A stretch of 64,000 nucleotides of DNA. Origin: an uncultured Gemmatimonadales bacterium. GTDB taxonomy: Bacteria; Gemmatimonadota; Gemmatimonadetes; Gemmatimonadales; GWC2-71-9. The stretch spans positions 448,001 to 512,000 of the forward strand of contig CAWCFX010000001.1 of the NCBI GenBank assembly GCA_963795085.1. The letters are read 5' to 3'. The notes below the pieces were generated by a model that was not told the DNA's origin, searched no databases, and saw only the letters and a list, made by a program, of their open reading frames with translations. This document shows, piece after piece, positions 47,528 through 56,509 of the stretch; positions within the stretch are counted from its first letter, which is position 1, and each line of letters starts with the position of its first letter. Position numbers and translations under genes: made by a program.

Positions 47528-48524
47528 CCACCGACCGCCGCGCCAGGTATCCCTGATCTTCATACCAGGCGATGGTCCGTTCCACCCCGCTATCCAGGTT
47601 CACCCGGGGCGCGTAACCGAGAATTCGTCTTGCCTTGGCGATGCTGAAGGCGCGGTTGTTCCGGAAAAAGCTCATTCGCCGACGGTAGAGCGGCGGCTCC
47701 CAGCCAAAGGGCCGACACGCCAGTTCACAGACGTGGGCGAGTGCTTCCAGTGGGGCGAGCGGCAGCCGGAGGCCAGGCGAGGGCACCTGCAAATGGCGCG
47801 CGATGGTATCCACCAGGTCGCGCAGCGGGAGATACCGGTCCGATCCGATGATGAACGTCTCGCCGCCGGCGGCCGGGTGGGTGACTCCCAGCAGAAACCC
47901 CCGGGCCACATCGTCCACGTAGGCGGGATGGAAGCAGGCATTGCCGCTCCCCAGCATGATGAACCGCCGCCGCCGGATCATCTGGAACAGCTTCAGCATT
48001 CGCAGGTCGCCGGGGCCATAGATCGAGGCCGGGCGGATGATGCAGACCGGGAGACCGTGATCGCGTTCGAACTCACGGGCCCGGCGCTCGGCGAGAGCCT
48101 TGGTTTCCTGGTAAACATCTCCCGGGTTGAGCGGCGAATCTTCGTCGGCCGGCGCATCGGTGACATCGCCGTGGACGCCGATCGTACTGCACAGGGCGAT
48201 CCGCGACACCCCGGCCCGCGCCGCGGCCTGGAGGATATTGTCGGTGCCGCCCACATTGATGGCGTGGGCCTCGTGATCGGTCCGCGCTTCCCTGAAGTTG
48301 GAGACCGTGTGGACCACGATGTCCACGCCAGCCACCGCCCGCTCGACCGCCTCCCGGTCGCGGATGTCGCCCCAGGCGATGTGATGGCCGGCCGGATGGG
48401 CGTAGCCGGACGCCCGGCTGCCCTGCCGGTTGAAGATCCGCACGTCGATCCCCGCCCCGGCCAGCTCCCGAACTACGGCCGAGCCGAGGAACCCGAGCCC
48501 GCCGGACACCAGGGCCCGGGTCAT
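47436..48524 (-). CDS. NAD-dependent epimerase/dehydratase (paralogue)
   Basis: VSGGLGFLG, CSTIGV, YQETK, IYGPGD; ATGA overlap with the upstream GT4. Confidence 0.92.
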   Translation of the reverse strand: MTRALVSGGLGFLGSAVVRELAGAGIDVRIFNRQGSRASGYAHPAGHHIAWGDIRDREAVERAVAGVDIVVHTVSNFREARTDHEAHAINVGGTDNILQAAARAGVSRIALCSTIGVHGDVTDAPADEDSPLNPGDVYQETKALAERRAREFERDHGLPVCIIRPASIYGPGDLRMLKLFQMIRRRRFIMLGSGNACFHPAYVDDVARGFLLGVTHPAAGGETFIIGSDRYLPLRDLVDTIARHLQVPSPGLRLPLAPLEALAHVCELACRPFGWEPPLYRRRMSFFRNNRAFSIAKARRILGYAPRVNLDSGVERTIAWYEDQGYLARRSVVNGHPPAARPIAAGMRVEATRSADTSQSSP

Positions 48525-49681
48525 TGGCAAACACTCCGGAGCACCGCGTCGGTTACCTCCGCCCTCCGGTCCCAGGAGTGTTCCTCCCGGACGGCCCGGG
48601 CGCCGCGGTCGCCCCATGCCTGCCGCTGCTCTTCATGGGCGGCGACGCGGGCGACCCCGCGAGCCAGCTCGGCCGGGTCGTCCTGGCTCACGATGATGCC
48701 GCAACCGTGCTGCCGGACCACATCGGCCTGGCCGTGGTAGTCCGTTACGATAGCCGGCACACCGCAGGCGAGGGTTTCGTACAACTTGAGCGGAGACATG
48801 CCGGTCTCGGTCCGTCCCGGCACCGCGGTCTTGAGCGAGAGCCCGGCGAGGCTCCCCGCGACCAGCCCGGGTACATCGTGATAGGGCACGACGCCGAGGT
48901 AGAGTATCCGGGCATCGGTCCGCGCGGCGGCCTCGACCCGGTGTCGCTCATCGCCATCGCCGGCGACCACCACCGCCACATCGGCGGGCCACTCCGGTTG
49001 GCGAAGCGCGGCGAGCAGCAACTGCACACCCTGCCACCGGGCCAGCAATCCCACCAGGATCACGTAGCGGGGTGGTGTGCTCATCGTGGTCGGTGCCCCA
49101 GGATGGAAAAGGTCAATGTTCGCGCCGTTGGGGATGATGGTGATCTGCCGGCCGGGCGCCTCCCGCCGGAGCCATTCCGCCAGGCGGGGGGTGACCGCGA
49201 TCAGTGCCGAGCTGCGCCGGTACTGCACCCGCTGGAGGGCACGCAGAATCGGTGCCAGCGGACGCAGCCACGGCTTGGCCACCAGGCGGTCGCTGTGGGG
49301 TCCGTTCACCTCCTGCACCACCGGGATTTTCCGGAGCCTGGCCCAGAGGAAGGCGGGGAGGGCGAGGGCATCGGCACGGATGTACATTGCGTCGGCGCGG
49401 GGTACTCGGCCCAGCCAGAGGGCGATCTGGGGTTTGAGATAATGCCAGAGGAAATAGAGCCGGCTCCGCGGACGCGACCGGTCGGCCTGGATTTCCCGCA
49501 GGTCCACCACCCAGCCCCGACGTTCCAGCCCCCGGATGATCTCGTGCACGTGGGCATGGCTGGCCTGGCCCTGGACCGTCTGTTGCAGGCACACATACAC
49601 CAGCGTCTTCCGGTCGCGGGGTGCGCCGGGCACGGGAGATCCGCTCCGGGCGGGGGCGGCTGGGGGCTGGGTGACGCTCAT
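48521..49681 (-). CDS. GT4 family glycosyltransferase
   Basis: VQEVNG, IIPNGAN, G.L.RWQGV, SPLKLYETLACGVP. Confidence 0.9.
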   Translation of the reverse strand: MSVTQPPAAPARSGSPVPGAPRDRKTLVYVCLQQTVQGQASHAHVHEIIRGLERRGWVVDLREIQADRSRPRSRLYFLWHYLKPQIALWLGRVPRADAMYIRADALALPAFLWARLRKIPVVQEVNGPHSDRLVAKPWLRPLAPILRALQRVQYRRSSALIAVTPRLAEWLRREAPGRQITIIPNGANIDLFHPGAPTTMSTPPRYVILVGLLARWQGVQLLLAALRQPEWPADVAVVVAGDGDERHRVEAAARTDARILYLGVVPYHDVPGLVAGSLAGLSLKTAVPGRTETGMSPLKLYETLACGVPAIVTDYHGQADVVRQHGCGIIVSQDDPAELARGVARVAAHEEQRQAWGDRGARAVREEHSWDRRAEVTDAVLRSVCQ

Positions 49682-49779
49682 GGCTGTTTTTCCGGAGACG
49701 AGATGTCCGCACCAATGTGGCACTGCCGCCCCCTCGGGCTGAGTGACCCATCGCACATCCGGGTGCTCCGGAAGAGCGC

Positions 49780-51312
49780 ATGGTTGCTTTGATGGAAACC
49801 ACGCCGCCGCCGGACCGGGACCGGCTCTTCCGAACCGACCACCTGACTCGCAACCTCGCCGCTCGTTCGGTGCGGGGCGGGGCAGTCACGCTGCTGGCCC
49901 AGGGTCTCCGGCTGGCGATCCAGATCGGATCGACCATGGTGCTGGCCCGGCTCCTGGTGCCTGGTGATTTTGGTCTCATCGGGATGGCGATGGCCATCAC
50001 CGGTTTCATTGCGCTCTTCCGGGACCTGGGGCTGTCGCAAGCCACCGTGCAGCGGGACTCCATCTCGCATGCCGATGTCAACGCGCTGTTCTGGGTCAAC
50101 GTTGGGGTGAGCGTGGTGCTGACACTGCTGGCTGTTGCACTGGCGCCCCTGCTGGGTTGGTTCTACGGCGACAGCAGGGTTACCGGGATCACCATGGCGC
50201 TCGGTGTGGGATTCCTCTTCGGTGGTGTGGCGGTGCAGCACCAGGCGCTGATCGACCGGCAGATGCGGTTCACGTCGCGGGGCGCGGTGGACGTGGGCTC
50301 GCTCGCCGCCGGCGCCGTCGCCGGTATCGCGGCGGCGCTGCTGGGGGCGGGGTACTGGGCGCTGGTGGTGCAGACGCTGGTGATGACGCTCGCGTCCTCC
50401 ATCGGGTACTGGGGGCTCTCCCGGTGGCGGCCCGGCCGGCCGGCCTGGTCTCCGGAGGCCAGGTCCCTGCTGCACTTCGGCGGAAACCTTACCGGCTTCC
50501 AGGTGGTGAACTACCTTGGCCGCAACCTGGACAATCTGCTGATCGGGCGGTTCTGGGGGGCCGGGCCGCTGGGACTGTACACCCGCGCCTATCAGCTCCT
50601 GATGCTTCCCATTCGGCAGGTCAATGGGCCGCTCGCCGCGGTCGGCTTGCCCGCCCTGGGCCGCCTGCGGCATCAGCCGGAGCGGTATCGCGGCGTTTAT
50701 CTCCGGGTGCTGGAGAAGATCTCGCTGCTCACCATGCCGGGGGTGGCGCTCCTGATCGCCACTTCCGACTGGGTGATCCGCCTGGTCCTGGGACCTGGCT
50801 GGGAAGGCGCCGCCGCCATCTTTACCTGGCTCGGGGTCGCCGCGCTGGTTCAGCCGGCGGCGAACACCACCGGCTGGCTGTTCATTTCCCAGGAACGGGG
50901 CCGCGACATGTTCCGGTGGGGCCTGATGGGCACGGCCATCTCGGTCGCTGCCATCGTCGCGGGCCTGCCGTGGGGCGCCGTCGGAGTCGCGGCGGCCTAT
51001 GCCATCAGCGATATCCTCCTCAAGACGCCGCTGCTCTTCTGGTGGGTGGGCCGGAGCGGGCCGGTGACGGCCGGTGATCTCTACCGGTCGCTGGCGACGC
51101 CGGGCCTCGCCGCGCTGGCCACCCTGGGCAGCATCGTCGTGCTTCGCACCTACACCACCATCGCGAATCCGGCCGCCGGGCTGGGTCTCTCCCTGCTCGC
51201 CGGGATCGGGGCCAGTCTCGTCGTTCTGTGGCTCACTCCGGGAGGCCGGGCCGCGCTCCGCGACATGCGCCACTTCGGCAGCCTGCTCGGCGCTCGCCGA
51301 ATAGAAGCATGA
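49780..51312 (+). CDS. Wzx-type polysaccharide flippase (WzxC-like)
   Basis: LARLL.P.DFGL, DLGLS.A.VQ, GYWALV.Q, NLDNLLIGR..G...LGLY.RAY; many TMs. Confidence 0.9.
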   Translation: MVALMETTPPPDRDRLFRTDHLTRNLAARSVRGGAVTLLAQGLRLAIQIGSTMVLARLLVPGDFGLIGMAMAITGFIALFRDLGLSQATVQRDSISHADVNALFWVNVGVSVVLTLLAVALAPLLGWFYGDSRVTGITMALGVGFLFGGVAVQHQALIDRQMRFTSRGAVDVGSLAAGAVAGIAAALLGAGYWALVVQTLVMTLASSIGYWGLSRWRPGRPAWSPEARSLLHFGGNLTGFQVVNYLGRNLDNLLIGRFWGAGPLGLYTRAYQLLMLPIRQVNGPLAAVGLPALGRLRHQPERYRGVYLRVLEKISLLTMPGVALLIATSDWVIRLVLGPGWEGAAAIFTWLGVAALVQPAANTTGWLFISQERGRDMFRWGLMGTAISVAAIVAGLPWGAVGVAAAYAISDILLKTPLLFWWVGRSGPVTAGDLYRSLATPGLAALATLGSIVVLRTYTTIANPAAGLGLSLLAGIGASLVVLWLTPGGRAALRDMRHFGSLLGARRIEA

Positions 51313-52508
51313 AGTTCGCGTTCGTAGTGGAGCGGTTCCCCAGCCTCTCCGAGACCTTCGTACTGGGCCAGATGGCCTGGCTGATGGACCGCGGCCACGA
51401 GGTCCGGGTGTTCGCCACTCGCCGCGGCACCGATACCAAGGTGCATCCGGACGTGGACCGATTGCGCCTGGTGGAGCGTACCCGTTACGCCCGGCCCTTC
51501 TCCGGCGGACACCACCGACGCCAGGTTCGGCTGGGGGCGTTTCTCGTCGGCGAGGTGGTACGGGCACGGCTTTCACCGGTCGCGCTGGCGGGTGCGGTGC
51601 GGCGCTCCGGCGCCCGGGCGCTGCCGGTGTGGACCTACCCCCCGGGCGAGACGCGCTTCGATGCCATCATCGCCCACTTCGGCCCCAACGGCGTCCACGC
51701 GGCCGAGATGCGGCGAGCCGGCATCCTTGAGGGTCCGCTGGCAACGTTCTTTCATGGCTATGACATGAACCCGCGCCGCCCGGCGGTGCGCCGAGGCTAC
51801 CAGGGCCTGTTTGACGCGGGAGACTGGTTTCTGCCGGTGAGTGAATATTTCCGGGAACGCCTGCTCCGGTGGGGCGCGCCGGCCGCCCGCACGAAGGTCC
51901 ATCACATGGGCGTCGATCCCGACGAGTTCCGGGTGGTGCCGCGCCAGCTGGACGACGGCCCGATGCGGTTGCTCTCCGTGGCCCGGCTGGTGGAGAAGAA
52001 GGGGCTGGAGTACGGGATCCGCGCGGCCGCCGAGCTGGGTCGTGCGGTGCACTATACCATCGTCGGCGATGGCCCGGAGCGGCCCCGGCTGGAGGGCCTG
52101 ATCGACGCATTGGGCGCCCGCGACCGGATCGAGCTCGCCGGGTGGCAAACCCAGGATGCCGTGGCCGCCCTCCTGGCCCGGGCGCATCTCCTGCTGGCTC
52201 CCAGCGTCACGTCGGCCGATGGAGAGGAAGAGGGTATTCCCGTCGCCCTGATGGAAGCGATGGCCACCGGGCTGCCGGTGGTGAGTACCCGGCACAGCGG
52301 GATCCCGGAACTCATCGAGGACGGTGTCTCCGGCCTGCTGGTGGCCGAGCGCGACGCGCCGGCCCTGACGGCGGCTCTCCGGCGGCTCCGCGAGGATCCC
52401 CGGCTGATGGAGCGCCTGTGCCGGGGGGGGCGAAGCACCGTCGAGCGGTCCTTCAACAGCCATATCCTTCATCCCCGTCTGCTGGAACTGCTGCATGCGG
52501 CTGCCTGA
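51309..52508 (+). CDS. GT4 glycosyltransferase, WcaL-like
   Basis: FPSLSETFV, AHFG, FHGYD, HHMGVD, VARLVEKKG, EGIPVALMEAMA, HSGIPELI. Confidence 0.92.
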   Translation: MKFAFVVERFPSLSETFVLGQMAWLMDRGHEVRVFATRRGTDTKVHPDVDRLRLVERTRYARPFSGGHHRRQVRLGAFLVGEVVRARLSPVALAGAVRRSGARALPVWTYPPGETRFDAIIAHFGPNGVHAAEMRRAGILEGPLATFFHGYDMNPRRPAVRRGYQGLFDAGDWFLPVSEYFRERLLRWGAPAARTKVHHMGVDPDEFRVVPRQLDDGPMRLLSVARLVEKKGLEYGIRAAAELGRAVHYTIVGDGPERPRLEGLIDALGARDRIELAGWQTQDAVAALLARAHLLLAPSVTSADGEEEGIPVALMEAMATGLPVVSTRHSGIPELIEDGVSGLLVAERDAPALTAALRRLREDPRLMERLCRGGRSTVERSFNSHILHPRLLELLHAAA

Positions 52509-53421
52509 CTTCCTCATTATCGGCGCCCAGAAGTCCGGCACCACGTGGCTGGCCGATCAGCTGGGCCTCCACCCGCGGGTGTTCATGGCCCCGGACGAGA
52601 TCCACTTCTTCGATAAAGCCTCCAACGTAAGCCGGGGCCTGGAGTGGTATGCCCGGCATTTTGAACGGGCGCAACCGGGCCAGCTCGCCGGCGAAAAGAC
52701 GCCCGACTACCTCTGGGCCAACGGGGACGGCGCCGAGGGGCACCTGCCGGACGTGCACCTGAAGCTCCACGAGGCGCTGCCCGGCGCCAAACTCATCGTG
52801 GTGCTGCGAAACCCGGTGGCGCGGGCGCTGTCCGCCCTCACCCACCTGGTGCGCACCCGGCGGATCGCGCCCACGCACGAAGTGGACAGCCTGCTCCTCG
52901 GCAAGAAGCATCACCTGATCCGCGGGCACGGCGTGGTGAGCAAGGGCTTCTATTACCGCCAGCTCATCGCCTATGAACAGCTGTTTGGCCGAAGCCAGAT
53001 GCTGGTGCTGATTTTCGAGGAGGATATCGCGCAGGCACCGGAACGCGGGCTGGATACCGCTGGTGCGTTTCTGGGGATTCCGCCGATGGCCCCGGTCCAG
53101 TCCCGGTCGGTAAGCCAGAACGCTTCGCGGCGATCCCGGCTTCGGCTGATGGCGGACTACTATTTCCCGCCGGCCCGGCCGGTGTCGCGGATGCTCGACC
53201 AGGTACTGCCGGCCTGGAAACCGGCGCCCACCAGCCGCACGATGGACGAACTGGAGCAGACATACCTGGGAGAGAACGAGAAGCTTTTCACGTGGCTGGG
53301 CCGCCCGATGCCGCATTCGTGGAAACGGGCGCCGGCCGTATCGGCGGAGCCGAGCGGGGTTACGTCGTCGCGGGGGCCGGCTCGGCCGCCGGATCGGGGC
53401 CGGCCGGGCGGAGGCTGTTGA
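52495..53421 (+). CDS. PAPS-dependent sulfotransferase
   Basis: 5'-PSB PDFLIIGAQKSGTT, EIHFFD, GEKTPDY, 3'-PB LRNPVARALS. Confidence 0.92.
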   Translation: MRLPDFLIIGAQKSGTTWLADQLGLHPRVFMAPDEIHFFDKASNVSRGLEWYARHFERAQPGQLAGEKTPDYLWANGDGAEGHLPDVHLKLHEALPGAKLIVVLRNPVARALSALTHLVRTRRIAPTHEVDSLLLGKKHHLIRGHGVVSKGFYYRQLIAYEQLFGRSQMLVLIFEEDIAQAPERGLDTAGAFLGIPPMAPVQSRSVSQNASRRSRLRLMADYYFPPARPVSRMLDQVLPAWKPAPTSRTMDELEQTYLGENEKLFTWLGRPMPHSWKRAPAVSAEPSGVTSSRGPARPPDRGRPGGGC

Positions 53422-54589
53422 AGAGCGCCAGGTGCCGGGCCGCGGCATGGTCGAGGCCAAAGTCCCGCTCCACCATCTGGCGGCCCACCCGGCCCATCTC
53501 CCGGGCCTGCCGCGGGTGCCGCAGCAGTTCGGCCATCGCCCGGGTCATGGCCACCGCATCGCCGATCTCCACGAGATAGCCGTTCCCGCCGGTCCGAATC
53601 AGCTCGCCGGTGCCGCTGGTTCGGGTACCGATGGAGGGCAATCCCACCGCCAGCGCCTCCAGCAGGGCAATCGAGAGCCCTTCCCGCTCCGAGGGAAGCA
53701 CGAAGACATCGGCCGCCTGCAGCCAGGGCAGCACGTCCGCCTGCCGGCCGGCGAAGGTGACCGTATCACTCAGCAGGTGATGCGCGACGAATTGCCGCAG
53801 GTCGGCCTCGACGCCCAGGTTGGGACTGTTCTCCCCCACCAGGACCAGGTGGGCGGACTTGTCCATCGCCAGCAGGTGGCGCCAGGCATCGAGGAGCGTC
53901 GCCAGGCCCTTGTGCCGGTGCAGCCGGCCGCTGAACACGAAGATGAACGCCTTCCGGGGCAGGCCAAGCCGGTCGCGGAGATCGTACGCTTCCTCCCGGC
54001 TGACCGGCTGGAAACGGGCCAGGTCCACGCCGTTGGGGATCCGGGTCATGCGCTCGGCCGCAAAACCGGCCTCGAGAAACTCCGCGGCGATATCCTCCGA
54101 GATGGCGACAAACTTGTCGGCCCGCTGGAGCAGGGCATCGCGGGCGCGGAGGGTGGAGCGGACCAGCCGGGTGCCCAGCCCGCCCTTCTGGCGGTCCTGC
54201 CAGACGAACGATCCGGAGATTTCCCCGGTCTGCTCGGCGCGGAGCACCACCGGTTTCCCCAGTGACTTGCCCGCCAGGGCGGCGACCATGCCGAGGATCC
54301 GGAGCCCCCAGACGTAGATCAGGTCGTACTCCTGGCGGTGGCGAAGGAGGTAGAGCAGGACCGGTCCCAGGGTCAGGTACTTGCCGGTGCGGGGAAAGCG
54401 GGACGGCGCCAGCCGGATGATCTTCACCCCGTCTATCACCTGCTCCGGGTCCAGCGTGGCATGCTGCCGCCGGGTGACCACGGTGACCGCGGTGCCCCGC
54501 TGCACCAGCTCGCGGGAGAGAGCCAGCCCGTAGGTGCCGACGCCGCCGCCCAGCGGATAGAACGACTCGGCGAGAATCAGCACCCGCAT
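53360..54589 (-). CDS. GT4 family glycosyltransferase
   Basis: RIPNGVD, GRL..HKG, ADVFVLPSEREGLSIALLEA. Confidence 0.92.
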   Translation of the reverse strand: MRVLILAESFYPLGGGVGTYGLALSRELVQRGTAVTVVTRRQHATLDPEQVIDGVKIIRLAPSRFPRTGKYLTLGPVLLYLLRHRQEYDLIYVWGLRILGMVAALAGKSLGKPVVLRAEQTGEISGSFVWQDRQKGGLGTRLVRSTLRARDALLQRADKFVAISEDIAAEFLEAGFAAERMTRIPNGVDLARFQPVSREEAYDLRDRLGLPRKAFIFVFSGRLHRHKGLATLLDAWRHLLAMDKSAHLVLVGENSPNLGVEADLRQFVAHHLLSDTVTFAGRQADVLPWLQAADVFVLPSEREGLSIALLEALAVGLPSIGTRTSGTGELIRTGGNGYLVEIGDAVAMTRAMAELLRHPRQAREMGRVGRQMVERDFGLDHAAARHLALFNSLRPAGPDPAAEPAPATT

Positions 54590-55848
54590 CAGTCCGCCGC
54601 CGGTCCGGCCGCGACGCCGCGATAGAGCTGCTCCAGCCGGGCGGTGTAGCTGGCGATCGAGAAGCGGGCGGCTTCTTCCCGGCAGCCCTGCCGCAGCCGG
54701 TCGAGGAGAAACGGTTCATCCAGCACCCGGAGCAATGCCACGCCCAGCTTGGCGGCGTCGCCCGGGGGCACCAGCAGGCCGCTCTTGCCCTCGGCCACCA
54801 CCTCGGGGAGCCCGCCCTCGCGGGATGCGACCACCGGCACGCCGCCGGCGATGGACTCGATCGCCACGTTGCCGATGCCCTCTTCCAGTGAAGGCACCAC
54901 GGAAATCGTGAAGAGCTGGACGAAGGCTTCCGCGTCAGGGCGGAAGCCGGTGAAGATGACCCGGTCCACGATGCCCAGCCGCCGAGCCTGCGCCTTGAGA
55001 TCCTCCTCGAGGGGACCGTCTCCCACGAGGACGAGGCGGGCATCGGGATAGCGGGTCAGCACCTGGGGAAACGCTTCGACGAGATAGGTGATGCCCTTGG
55101 CCGGGTAGAAGCGGGTGACGGCGCCGATGATGGGCCAGACGCCTTCCAGCCCGAGCTCGGCGCGGATCCGTTCCAGGTGCTCGGGCCGGACCGGTTTCAT
55201 CGTGTAGGTGGAGACCGGGTTATGCACGGTCACCACCTGGCCGGGGGCGAACCCCATGCGCCCGATGGCGAAATCGCGCAGGCTATCGGAGTTGGCGATG
55301 GCGAGCGCGGTGCCGGGCGCGAGGACGCGGTTGATGCGCTCCATGTACCAGGGATAGGGCCGCTTCTGGTACTTGCTGTGGTGGGTGCGGACGTGGACGA
55401 TCGCGGGCCGTCCGGTGATCTTCGCGGCCAGCCGCCCCAGGGTATCGGCCTGGAAGTCGGTCACGTGGACCACGTCAATCTGTTGCTGCCGGATGATCCG
55501 GACGATCTCGCCCAGGGGCCGGAGACTGAACCGGCCGGCGCTCATGAAGCGAAGCGGGACGCCTTCGGCGTTGAGCCGCTCCCCCAGCGCCTCCGGGGCG
55601 CGGAGCACGCAGCTGGTGACCTCGACCCGGCTGGGATCGAAGCCCATGGTCATCTCCACCATCATGCGGCCGGCGCCGTGGAGGGCGTGGCCGTAGCCGA
55701 TGTGGTCGCCGACGATGAGCACCCGGACGGCCCGCTCGGCGAGCGGGCGCCGGGTCGTGGCCGCGGTCCCGGCCGCCGGGTGCGCGGGGGCCGCTTCGGG
55801 TCGTGGACGATCTCGCGCGGGCTCGCGCGGTTTCAGGGCCGAACTCAT
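54589..55848 (-). CDS. GT4 family glycosyltransferase (start uncertain)
   Basis: R..PAKG, LVGDGP, FTGFR.D, PSLEEGIG.VAIE, GGLPEVV. Confidence 0.9.
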   Translation of the reverse strand: MSSALKPREPARDRPRPEAAPAHPAAGTAATTRRPLAERAVRVLIVGDHIGYGHALHGAGRMMVEMTMGFDPSRVEVTSCVLRAPEALGERLNAEGVPLRFMSAGRFSLRPLGEIVRIIRQQQIDVVHVTDFQADTLGRLAAKITGRPAIVHVRTHHSKYQKRPYPWYMERINRVLAPGTALAIANSDSLRDFAIGRMGFAPGQVVTVHNPVSTYTMKPVRPEHLERIRAELGLEGVWPIIGAVTRFYPAKGITYLVEAFPQVLTRYPDARLVLVGDGPLEEDLKAQARRLGIVDRVIFTGFRPDAEAFVQLFTISVVPSLEEGIGNVAIESIAGGVPVVASREGGLPEVVAEGKSGLLVPPGDAAKLGVALLRVLDEPFLLDRLRQGCREEAARFSIASYTARLEQLYRGVAAGPAAD

Positions 55849-55929
55849 CGTGACCGGTGTCCAGACGGCTAAGGGAGAACCAGTATTGCAGTTGCGGGAC
55901 GGGGGGGCCGTGACTGGCCTCACGCGCTG

Positions 55930-56112
55930 CAAGGGGGCAAGAGGGTCAGGGGGCCAGGGGGCACGCCGAGTGGGTCAGGGGGACAGTGGGTCAGTGGGAC
56001 GGTGGGACGGTGGGACGGTGGGACGGTGGGACAGTGGGACAGTGGGACAGTGGGACAGGACCCATCTCTTTGGTTTCCTTGCCCCCTTGCCCCCTGACCC
56101 CCTTGCCCCCTT
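55930..56112. repeat. Octamer array (11 units, 55972-56059) enclosed by 33-bp imperfect inverted arms
   Basis: Left arm 55931-55963 matches the reverse complement of 56080-56112 at 31/33; core units GGGACAGT/GGGACGGT/GGGTCAGT. Confidence 0.92.
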
Positions 56113-56206
56113 AAGTATCGCTCTCAGTTACGCTTGGGCCGGTTGCTCCGGGGCGTCCACGGGGTTAGGATTGTCGGTCGCCGGAGGCGGGTTTTCCGGC
56201 GGACGA

Positions 56207-56279
56207 TCCCGAGTAGCTCAGTTGGTAGAGCAGGTGACTGTTAATCACCGGGTCGGGGGTTCGAGTCCCTCCTCGGGAG
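56207..56279 (+). tRNA. tRNA-Asn(GTT), CCA not encoded
   Basis: Acceptor TCCCGAG/CTCGGGA, D arm AGCTCAGTTGGTAGAGC, anticodon arm GGTGA-CTGTTAA-TCACC, T loop GGTTCGAGTCC. Confidence 0.97.
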
Positions 56280-56313
56280 CTGAGTGAAGACAACGAGTTA
56301 GTCACTGGATCAT

Positions 56314-56346
56314 AACGGGTTAGCCTCTTTCGGCTGACCCGTTTTC
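56314..56346 (+). terminator. Intrinsic terminator after tRNA-Asn
   Basis: AACGGGTTAGCC-tctttc-GGCTGACCCGTT then TT. Confidence 0.7.
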
Positions 56347-56509
56347 GTTTCGAGGATATGGAGCGTTGGTGGGCCGTCTTAGTGGGGGTCGGGGGGGCGA
56401 GGAGAGATCCTGGAGGGTCGCCGATGTCAGAGGATCGCAGGCCTCTATCGCTTTGCTCTAGTGCGGGGTACACTGGGCTTCACGTCCCCTACTCCACAAA
56501 TGGACCGCC

